Positions 1-7,301 of a stretch of DNA of 7,496 nt are shown piece by piece. The position numbers were made by a program, and so were the translations under genes. Numbering within the stretch: position 1 is the first letter of the stretch; every line of letters begins with the position of its first letter. This DNA is from a virus (taxonomy: Duplodnaviria > Heunggongvirae > Uroviricota > Caudoviricetes): the IMG/VR virus record IMGVR_UViG_2660238126_000008, one strand, 5' to 3'. The notes beneath the pieces are model-generated. The model was not told the DNA's origin. It saw only the letters and a program-made list of their open reading frames with translations, and ran no database searches.

Positions 1-330
1 AGAGATGGCCGTCGATTTAACCCCAGTGTTTTTAAAGATACTTATCAATATGGTTATACAAGCTCAGGTCAAAATACCTGGGGTGTACAAGGCTCAGTAG
101 GTATGTCTACGGGGTGGTTAGCTAATACCAGTACAGATGGTAATCATAGCCACTCACTGTCCGGCACAGCAGCATCTGCAGGTGCACACGCGCATACTGT
201 CGGTATTGGTGCTCATACGCACTCCGTTGCGATTGGTTCACATGGACACACCATCACCGTTAACGCTGCTGGTAATGCGGAAAACACCGTCAAAAACATC
301 GCATTTAACTATATTGTGAGGCTTGCATAA
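1..330 (+). CDS. stfR: Phage side tail fiber protein, C-terminal end (5'-partial; runs off the window start)
   Basis: Frame 1 is open from base 1 to the TAA at 328-330. The translation ends ...[41 protein letters not shown]...NYIVRLA, with four HxH motifs typical of tail fiber tip domains. It is followed directly by a tail fiber assembly gene and a pin-type invertase. The symbol rests on the downstream gene order (pinR-ynaE-uspF-ompN) as in E. coli K-12 Rac, recalled from memory. Confidence 0.8.
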   Translation, partial: RDGRRFNPSVFKDTYQYGYTSSGQNTWGVQGSVGMSTGWLANTSTDGNHSHSLSGTAASAGAHAHTVGIGAHTHSVAIGSHGHTITVNAAGNAENTVKNIAFNYIVRLA

Positions 331-905
331 TGGCATTCAGAATGAGTGAACAACCACGGACCATAAAAATTTATAATCTGCTGGCCGGAACTAATGAATT
401 TATTGGTGAAGGTGACGCATATATTCCGCCTCATACAGGTCTGCCAGCAAACAGTACCGATATTGCACCGCCAGATATTCCGGCAGGCTTCGTGGCTGTT
501 TTCAACAGTGATGAGGCATCGTGGCATCTCGTTGAAGATCATCGGGGAAAAACCGTCTATGACGTGGCTTCCGGCGACGCGTTATTTATTTCTGAACTCG
601 GTCCGTTACCGGAAAATGTTACCTGGTTATCGCCGGGAGGGGAATATCAGAAGTGGAACGGCACAGCCTGGGTGAAGGATACGGAAGCAGAAAAACTGTT
701 CCGGATCCGGGAGGCGGAAGAAACAAAAAACAACCTGATGCAGGTAGCCAGTGAGCATATTGCGCCGCTTCAGGATGCTGCAGATCTGGAAATTGCAACG
801 GAGGAAGAAATCTCGTTGCTGGAAGCATGGAAAAAGTATCGGGTATTGCTGAACCGTGTTGATACGTCAACTGCACAGGATATTGAATGGCCAGCACTGC
901 CGTAG
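330..905 (+). CDS. tfaR: Tail fiber assembly protein (Tfa family)
   Basis: 191-aa ORF whose ATG overlaps the upstream stop (TAATG at 328-332). The protein ends ...[17 protein letters not shown], a typical Tfa/gpG-like C-terminus, and lies immediately 3' of the tail fiber gene. Confidence 0.85.
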   Translation: MAFRMSEQPRTIKIYNLLAGTNEFIGEGDAYIPPHTGLPANSTDIAPPDIPAGFVAVFNSDEASWHLVEDHRGKTVYDVASGDALFISELGPLPENVTWLSPGGEYQKWNGTAWVKDTEAEKLFRIREAEETKNNLMQVASEHIAPLQDAADLEIATEEEISLLEAWKKYRVLLNRVDTSTAQDIEWPALP

Positions 906-1002
906 GGTAAAACATATAAATTCTATAATTAGATGTATCTTTCCATTTACGGCAAGGAAGGGGGCTTGGAAGACGTAAAGCATCTCACACCGAGATTATT
1001 TT

Positions 1003-1593
1003 TTATATGTCAGGTGTCTGAAGTTTTGCTTTGGCTCTTAAAATGGTTTGCCGCGAGGTTTTGAATTCCCGGGCAATGGCACTTATACTTACACCTGACT
1101 TAATTCGTTCGAATACCACCTGTTTCTGTTCTTCATTTAACACAGGTGGTCGACCAAAACGTTTCCCTGCGCCGCGGGCTCTTACTATCCCGGAATGAGT
1201 GCGTTCAAGTAAAAGGTCTCGTTCAAATTCAGCGACTGCTGAAATTACTTGCATCATCATTTTTCCTGTTGGACTGGTCAGGTCAATGCCAGCCAATGCT
1301 AAGCAATGCACTCTGATACCTGTTTCGGTCAGTTGTTCCACTGTTTTCCTGATATCCATTGCATTACAACCAAGGCGATCCAGTTTTGTCACAATCAATT
1401 GATCACCACATTTCAGGCGAGCAAGCAACCGGTTAAAACCAGGACGCTCACTGGTTGCTGCTGAGCCGCTAATGTGTTCTTCGATTATTTGCTGAGGTTT
1501 GATTTTAAAACCTGCACTTTCGATTTCCCGGCGTTGATTTTCGGTGGTCTGATCCAGCGTTGATATCCGACAGTAAGCAAAAATTCGAGACAT
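1003..1593 (-). CDS. pinR: Serine recombinase, DNA invertase family (Pin/Gin/Hin/Cin-like, 196 aa)
   Basis: N-terminal YCRISTLDQ motif with the catalytic Ser, a resolvase catalytic-domain pattern ([13 protein letters not shown]...) and a C-terminal HTH region ([20 protein letters not shown]). Convergent with tfaR, ATG at 1591-1593. Symbol from remembered K-12 PinR and gene context. Confidence 0.88.
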   Translation of the reverse strand: MSRIFAYCRISTLDQTTENQRREIESAGFKIKPQQIIEEHISGSAATSERPGFNRLLARLKCGDQLIVTKLDRLGCNAMDIRKTVEQLTETGIRVHCLALAGIDLTSPTGKMMMQVISAVAEFERDLLLERTHSGIVRARGAGKRFGRPPVLNEEQKQVVFERIKSGVSISAIAREFKTSRQTILRAKAKLQTPDI

Positions 1594-1909
1594 AGTGAGA
1601 CTCTATACGAAATTGGTGTTCATATCATAATGCATCTCAGAAAATAATTATGATTATTTTTGTGCATATTTGTATGTACACGTTCGAAAATAAACGAATG
1701 CGTATGCAACCCCGTAATTTTGGTGAGACCCAAAATCGATTTTGTGAAAAATGGCTTTAACTCGGTTTGTTTTTCGAGTTCCGGGCGGACTCAAGGAAGA
1801 AGAATAGTGTTGCGTGTTATTTTAACCAGATTTCAAGTTGTTTGGTCGTGGAAAAGTGGAGCAAAATGTTGTTAAAGTGGAAAAATGATAAAAAAGTAAG
1901 TTTATTATA

Positions 1910-2143
1910 TTACATTTTACCATTTAAATTTTGGTTGTCTTTAAGAACTGATATCGCTGTTTGTAATAATTCTTTGTTATCCAGCCATGATTTTTTCTTT
2001 ATGTTTCCTTCAATGTAATCAAGCAATGTTCTGGTATTGATAGGTCTTCCCTGTTTTGCTACTTCCACTACAGCATTCCCTAGGATAATTCTTACTTCAG
2101 GAAGCTGCGCAGGGAACCACTTTAGGGTGTCTTTTGATTTCAT
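1910..2143 (-). CDS. ynaE: Small Rac-prophage protein YnaE (YdfK paralogue family, 77 aa)
   Basis: The ORF-track entry 1910..2176 has an internal ATG at 2141-2143 preceded by AAGGAA about 8 nt upstream (minus strand). The product MKSKDTLKWFPAQLPEVRIILG... matches my recollection of YnaE/YdfK. The longer 88-aa start at 2176 has no RBS. Confidence 0.6.
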   Translation of the reverse strand: MKSKDTLKWFPAQLPEVRIILGNAVVEVAKQGRPINTRTLLDYIEGNIKKKSWLDNKELLQTAISVLKDNQNLNGKM

Positions 2144-2250
2144 GAAGATATTCCTTAAAATATTATTGATTTTCATTGCGATATTGTATGTCTGATTCAG
2201 GATATGTTGACTTATACATCGGTTTTGTCTGGGTTATTGGATATGCCAAT

Positions 2251-2267
2251 CCCTAATTTTATTAGGG
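2251..2267. repeat. Perfect 17-bp palindrome CCCTAAT-TTT-ATTAGGG
   Basis: Read directly from the sequence: 7-bp inverted arms around a 3-nt centre, about 110 bp upstream of the ynaE start, in an AT-rich non-coding stretch. Confidence 0.6.
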
Positions 2268-2722
2268 CATGACTAAAAATGCTGAATATGATAAGGAGAG
2301 ATGTGATTATCAGTATGCTGTTCATATAGCCTCGAATTAGTAATGTGTTATATATGATATAGTTGACAATTTTTATCTTGGGTGTTCTTAAAGTTCGTAG
2401 ATAAACATTGTCGTTTCAGGTATACAGGAATGCTAACAGGTGGCAGCAAAAATCAGGCGGTTTATGGCGCAAGCTGAAGCGGCAACTGCAAACTATCTTA
2501 TGCAGAGACTCTACACAGATTGGGTTTAAAAGTATACATAGATAACAGTTTTTATCTGAAGAAGAAAAATATCAAGGTGATATAGCCTATATGCCTATGA
2601 TGCGGAGGAATGAATGTGATGGGAGTGATGTATCTGAATAGTTGAAAAACCGCAGTCACGTCGTATGCAAGAACGTGCTGCGGTTGGTTTGACTTTGATT
2701 GAGACGTTTTGGAATTTTTTTT

Positions 2723-2775
2723 GTGGCAAAAATGGGGCAAAACGCTGCAAAAGGGGCAAAAAAGGGGCAAAAAAA
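2723..2775. repeat. Array of about five phased G-rich/A-tract units (GGGGCAAAA-like, period ~10-11 bp)
   Basis: Sequence reads gtggcaaaaa / tggggcaaaa / cgctgcaaaa / ggggcaaaaaa / ggggcaaaaaaa. A-tracts recurring at roughly one helical turn are the classic signature of intrinsically curved DNA. Confidence 0.7.
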
Positions 2776-3068
2776 GAGTGGATTATCGTAGTTTATTGTT
2801 CTCGCTGATGATGTTTAACACATTGAAAAATAAGTAAAACACTTATGAGTCAGATAGTTGTGATTTTTGCCCTTACTTGTTCAGGTTGTATTGTTCTTTC
2901 TTACTAATTTCTTGATTTTGCGACATTTAAAAGCGACTCAATTCGTTATATGGCATCAGAAGAGTATGCGTCATGCCGGAACGCCCAGCATAAGAAATCT
3001 GATATAAAAACTGTGGCGTGTATGGTACGGATTAGAGGGGAAAATGTCAGCACATTTGCGAAATGAAT

Positions 3069-3095
3069 CAAAAAGCCCGCAGCAATGTGCGGGCG
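3069..3095 (-). terminator. Rho-independent terminator downstream of uspF
   Basis: GCCCGC-(8 nt loop)-GCGGGC hairpin at 3075-3094, followed on the minus strand by a TTTTT run (plus-strand AAAAA at 3070-3074), starting 7 nt after the uspF stop. Confidence 0.6.
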
Positions 3096-3101
3096 TTAGT
3101 G

Positions 3102-3617
<516 letters not shown>

Positions 3618-3643
3618 TTAGATCAAAGGAGGAAGAATAAGCA

Positions 3644-3668
3644 GAAAAAGCCCGCCATAACAGCGGGC
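3644..3668 (-). terminator. Rho-independent terminator downstream of the ompN 3' end
   Basis: GCCCGC-(7 nt loop)-GCGGGC hairpin at 3650-3668, followed on the minus strand by TTTTT (plus AAAAA at 3645-3649), just 3' of the porin stop codon at 3677-3679. Confidence 0.65.
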
Positions 3669-3676
3669 AGGAGGAT

Positions 3677-3979
3677 TTAGAACTGATAAACCAGACCTAA
3701 AGCGACAATATCATCGGTAGAGATGCCATTGGCAGCGTAGAAACTGTCATCTTCATCCAACAGGTTGATTTTATAGTCAACATAAGTGGACATGTTTTTA
3801 TTGAAATAGTAAGTCGCGCCAACATCGGCGTATTTAACCAGATCTTTATCATCAACACCTGCCGGGTTGTCTGCACCACCGGCAGCGTGCAGGTCACGGC
3901 CTTTAGACATCAGGAAAGAGACTGCCGGACGCAGACCAAAATCAAACTGGTACTGTGCCTCATGGGGTTGGCTGAACAA
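3677..3979 (-). pseudogene. ompN: Porin (OmpC/OmpF/OmpN family) C-terminal fragment, about 95 codons; 5' three-quarters of the gene absent
   Basis: Translation ...[12 protein letters not shown]...[19 protein letters not shown]...[12 protein letters not shown]-stop, including the conserved C-terminal YQF of general porins. The minus-strand frame runs into unrelated sequence above ~3962 and hits a stop at ~4019, so no N-terminal barrel or signal peptide is present. Symbol from its position next to uspF. Confidence 0.75.
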
Positions 3980-4165
3980 TGTATCCCTGTATGGTGGTTC
4001 AGTTTTAACAAACCGTGATTATCAATCTCTGGCTGCCGGCGTTGGCTTTAACCTTAACTCATTGGGTTCATTATCTTTTGATGTCACACGATCTGATGCT
4101 CAGTTGCATAATCAGGATAAAGAAACGGGTTATAGCTACCGCGCTAACTATTCAAAACGTTTTGA
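3969..4165 (+). pseudogene. Internal fragment (~65 codons) of a fimbrial usher (chaperone-usher pathway outer-membrane protein)
   Basis: Part of ORF 3867..4211 translates ...[65 protein letters not shown], matching remembered usher motifs (NWSLYGG; xSxDxTxSxAxL; SxRxxYSKRF). The first ~33 residues of that ORF are just the antisense of the porin fragment. No start codon, signal peptide or downstream usher sequence. Confidence 0.55.
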
Positions 4166-4950
4166 ATCATATCGGCAGCCAGTTTTTCACTGTTTTCCTG
4201 CTCTTTGTTGACCAGCGGGAAATACTTGTCAGACAGCAGTTCACGACCGCAAATCACCACCAGATCGTCATCGTCCTGGTAGACCACATCGATAAGCTCA
4301 TTGACGGCATCCATCACTACGGCGTCCAGGTTGGCATATTCGCCACCTTTCCCGACTTTCACCGCGCCCGGTGTGGTTTCACCGCCCGTGGTGGTGCTGC
4401 CCATGACGTGATCCGGTGCATCCTCACGGATTTTCTGCAGCCAGCCTTTGTTCACATCCTGCAGCAGCGGGTTTTCGCTACGGTTGGAGGTTTTCGCACG
4501 CTTCACGCCGTTAAAGCCGATCATGATGCGGTCCAGTGCCTGACGTTTCACGATGGCGTTACGGATACGCACCTGGAAATCCTGAAACTTCGCCCACAGG
4601 TCCAGCTTCGCGTAGGTCAGCACCGTGTCAAAGTTGGTCTGTTCGCATTTGTATTCCACATCGACCATCAGCGTCGGATCGACAGGTTCTCGCTCTTTCG
4701 CGGTGGTATCAGTGGTTCCGGCAATGGTGCTGCCAACACCCAGCCCCAGCAACTGACCAGACTGCTCAGTCACTGGCGTGACGTTAATCAGCGTCAGGAA
4801 AGCGGCGGACTGCTGGATCTGGTCTTCCAGCGTCTGCTGCACGGACGGCTCTACGGTGAACTTGCTGGACAGTTCTTCAACTGCCACACCGTTCAGACGC
4901 GCCAGCTGCTGCAGGTAAGCGTTAAAAGCAAAGCGGGTATTCTTCTTCAT
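4144..4950 (-). pseudogene. P2-family major capsid protein (gpN-like), N-terminal ~262 residues; C-terminal third missing
   Basis: Translation MKKNTRFAFNAYL...FTVEPSV...LDLWAKFQDFQVRIRNAIVKRQALDRIMIGFNGVKRA...KVGKGGEYANLDAVVMDA...KYFPLVNKEQENSEKLAADMI closely parallels my recollection of P2 gpN. After ...AADMI it reads QNVLNS-stop, which is the antisense of the usher fragment. ATG at 4948-4950 with GGAG upstream. Confidence 0.8.
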
Positions 4951-4966
4951 CGGGTTTTGTGCTCCA

Positions 4967-5800
4967 TCAGCAATTGGTCAGAGTGTCAGCGGGGGCGTTA
5001 CCGCCTGTTGCACGCTGGCGGTAGTCCTGGCGGCTGTCTTCATGACTCAGCTTATTCACCAGTTCGTTAAAGGCGGTCTGCTGTGCCTGCAGGGCAGTCT
5101 CCAGCTCAGACAGACGTTCTTCCTGCTCAGACAGGGATTTTTCGGTGCGTGCGCTCAGGTTTTGCTGCTCAGTGGCGACCAGCTCCACGGCCTTATGCAC
5201 ATCAGAGAACCGGGCATCGTCGGACTGCTCTTTTTTGGTAAACAGCGCCGTGACACGGGCAAACAGGGACGGTTTGTCCTCCTGGATTTCTTCCAGTTCG
5301 ATCACTGTTTCCTCTGCGGCGGTAAAGAGATTGGCGGGATTCTGCTTGCGGTTTGCCAGCGGGTTATGGGCTGCACTGGCGCTGAATGTCAGCATTTCCG
5401 TACCCAAACTGGCAGGGTCATCAGTGGCAGCCAGGCCGACCAGGTAGGCTTTGCCCGTATCAGCGAACTTCGGGCTGACTTCCATAGAGGTGAATAATTT
5501 CTGGCCTTTTTTCACCAATTCCACCAGGGACTCCGTTGGCTCAACGTCGGCATACAGCGCCATCTTGCCTGCCAGCGGGCCTTCCGTGATTTCTTCAGCA
5601 AACAGCGCCGTCACCTTGCCGTAACGGTTAAAGGTGCTGTCCGGGAGATAAGACTTGATGTGCTCAAGGTTAATCAGCGCGGTATACACCGCCGGGTTGT
5701 AGCTGGCTGCCATCTGTTCCAGCCATTCACGCTGGATTTCGCGTCCGTCGGTGGTGGCACCTTCCACCCCGATGCGAAAACGCTTTGCTTTCACTGTCAT
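4967..5800 (-). CDS. P2-family capsid scaffolding protein (gpO-like), 277 aa, apparently full length
   Basis: Translation ...FRIGVEGATTDGREI...INLEH...GKAYLVGLAATDDPASLGTEMLTF...SDDARFSDVHKAV...ATGGNAPADTLTNC parallels remembered P2 gpO. ATG at 5798-5800 with GGAG about 11 nt upstream. It sits directly upstream of the capsid gene (16-bp gap), as in the P2 O-N arrangement. Confidence 0.85.
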   Translation of the reverse strand: MTVKAKRFRIGVEGATTDGREIQREWLEQMAASYNPAVYTALINLEHIKSYLPDSTFNRYGKVTALFAEEITEGPLAGKMALYADVEPTESLVELVKKGQKLFTSMEVSPKFADTGKAYLVGLAATDDPASLGTEMLTFSASAAHNPLANRKQNPANLFTAAEETVIELEEIQEDKPSLFARVTALFTKKEQSDDARFSDVHKAVELVATEQQNLSARTEKSLSEQEERLSELETALQAQQTAFNELVNKLSHEDSRQDYRQRATGGNAPADTLTNC

Positions 5801-5878
5801 GAGCCGTGCTCCGTTAGAAATAACTTACTGGAGCCTTATGGTTGCGGTGATGGGGGCAGTGAAACAATGCGCGGTATT

Positions 5879-5896
5879 TGTACCGACAACCACACA
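5879..5896. promoter_or_regulatory. TGT-N12-ACA dyad, candidate Ogr/Delta-type late-activator site in the divergent O/P intergenic region
   Basis: tgtACCGACAACCACaca read directly from the sequence, centred about 87 bp upstream of the scaffold-gene ATG. In P2-family phages late promoters carry this dyad near -55 relative to the transcription start. A possible weak -10 (CATAAG, minus strand, ~5834-5839) lies in between. The transcription start is not known. Confidence 0.4.
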
Positions 5897-5942
5897 AACC
5901 GCAGGCGGGGAAAGCCTTCATTCAAGGCTGTAGGTTTGTGCC

Positions 5943-7290
5943 ATGAACACCACACTGACACCCGCAGATCTCGATCCCCGTCGGCAGGCCATGCTGCTGT
6001 ACTTTCAGGGATACCGCGTAGCCCGCATTGCTGAAATGCTGGGCGAGAAAGTTGCAACCGTTCACAGCTGGAAGAAACGCGACAAGTGGGGTGACTATGG
6101 GCCGCTGGATCAGATGCAGCTCACCACCGCCGCACGTTACTGCCAGCTCATTATGAAGGAGCACAAAGAAGGGAAAGATTTCAAAGAAATTGACCTGCTG
6201 GCGCGCCAGTCGGAGCGCCACGCGCGGATCGGCAAGTTTAACAATGGCGGCAACGAAGCCGACTTAAACCCTAACGTCGCCAACCGCAACAAAGGCCCGC
6301 GCCGTCAGCCGGAAAAGAATGTTTTCACCGATGAACAGATAGAGAAACTGGAAGAAATCTTCCATTCCTCCATGTTCAACTACCAGCGCCACTGGTGGGA
6401 AGCCGGAAAAACCAACCGCATCCGCAACCTGCTGAAGTCACGCCAGATCGGCGCGACCTTTTACTTTGCCCGTGAAGCCCTGATTGACGCCCTGCTTACC
6501 GGACGTAACCAGATTTTCCTTTCTGCCAGTAAGGCACAGGCTCACGTCTTTAAGCAGTACATCATCGACTTCGCCAAAGAAGTCGAGGTGGAGCTGAAAG
6601 GCGATCCGATGGTGCTTCCTAACGGGGCCACGCTTTACTTCCTCGGCACCAATGCCCGCACGGCGCAGAGTTACCACGGCAACCTGTATCTGGATGAATA
6701 TTTCTGGATACCGAAATTCCAGGAGTTGCGCAAAGTGGCTTCCGGTATGGCTATTCACAAGAAATGGCGACAAACCTATTTTTCCACGCCATCCAGCCTG
6801 ACCCACAGTGCTTATCCGTTCTGGTCCGGTGCGCTGTTCAACCGTGGACGCAACAAAGCTGACAAGGTGGACATCGACCTGTCCCACAGCAATCTGGCCC
6901 CCGGCCTGCTGTGCGCAGACGGGCAATACCGCCAGATAGTCACCGTGGAAGATGCGGTGCGCGGCGGCTGTAACCTGTTCGACCTCGACCAGCTGCGCAT
7001 GGAGTACAGCCCGGACGAATACCAGAACCTGCTGATGTGCGAGTTCGTGGACGATCTCGCGTCCGTGTTCCCGCTCAGCGAACTGCAGGCGTGCATGGTG
7101 GACAGCTGGGAAGTCTGGACCGACTTTCATGCACTGGCCCTGCGCCCGTTTGGCTGGCGCGAAGTGTGGATCGGTTATGACCCGGCAAAAGGTACGCAGA
7201 ACGGCGACAGTGCCGGATGCGTGGTGGTGGCTCCGCCAGCCGTGCCGGGTGGTAAGTTCCGCATTCTTGAGCGTCACCAGTGGCGCGNGA
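5943..7290 (+). CDS. P2-family terminase large (ATPase) subunit (gpP-like), 3'-truncated at the N cluster
   Basis: About 449 codons from the ATG at 5943-5945, with a Walker-A-like SRQIGATFYF and a Walker-B-like NLYLDEYFWIP. Divergent from the scaffold gene as P is from O in P2. The reading frame stays open to the window end only because of N bases; recognisable terminase sequence stops near ...ILERHQWR (~7287). Confidence 0.82.
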
Positions 7291-7299
7291 TGNNCNNCN
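7288..7299. other. Cluster of six ambiguous bases (N at 7288, 7293, 7294, 7296, 7297, 7299) at the terminase/purL breakpoint
   Basis: Read directly from the sequence (gcgngatgnncnncnt). Two further N bases occur at 7473 and 7477. Confidence 0.95.
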
Positions 7300-7301
7300 T
7301 C

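Noticed and set aside
103-319. ORFs 103..330 and 137..319 as independent genes
   Set aside because: 103..330 is simply the in-frame tail of the tail fiber gene, which is open from base 1. 137..319 is an out-of-frame overlap.
394-915. ORFs 394..675 (+) and 619..915 (-) inside tfaR
   Set aside because: Out-of-frame or antisense overlaps of a well-supported tail fiber assembly gene.
1660-2018. Plus-strand ORFs 1660..1875 and 1767..2018 between pinR and ynaE
   Set aside because: AT-rich and low-complexity, with no RBS and overlapping the ynaE 3' end. More likely promoter or terminator DNA for the flanking minus-strand genes.
2552-2770. 72-aa minus-strand ORF in the boundary region
   Set aside because: Its C-terminal FFFF run is just the translation of the A-tract repeat array. 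No RBS and no family resemblance, including none to TtcA.
2723-2775. Possible CRISPR array
   Set aside because: The units are ~10 bp, contiguous and without spacers. Far too short for CRISPR repeats, and no cas genes are present.
3621-3632. AAAGGAGGA Shine-Dalgarno-like motif on the plus strand
   Set aside because: No start codon or ORF follows at a suitable distance. It lies between the uspF start and the ompN terminator.
4015-5070. Long 351-aa ORF on the plus strand
   Set aside because: It lies entirely antisense to the capsid and scaffold genes, which have strong family resemblance and RBSs. Its translation is low-complexity and His/Arg/Leu-rich, with no recognisable family. Shadow ORF of a GC-rich coding region.
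5937-5954. Second TGT-N12-ACA dyad
   Set aside because: It overlaps the terminase start codon, so it cannot sit at an activator position for that gene and is too far (about 145 bp) from the scaffold-gene start. Probably chance.
5042-6221. Several 60-150-aa ORFs (5042..5497 +, 5145..5447 +, 5660..6034 +, 5751..5933 +, 5836..6057 -, 5922..6221 -)
   Set aside because: All overlap the scaffold or terminase genes on the opposite strand or out of frame, or span the promoter region. None has an RBS or a recognisable motif.
4144-7290. Anti-phage defence or other novel system in the P2-like block
   Set aside because: Only head-morphogenesis genes are present here. Known P2 accessory hotspots lie elsewhere in the phage genome, and every sizeable ORF in the window is accounted for by a known family or is an antisense shadow.
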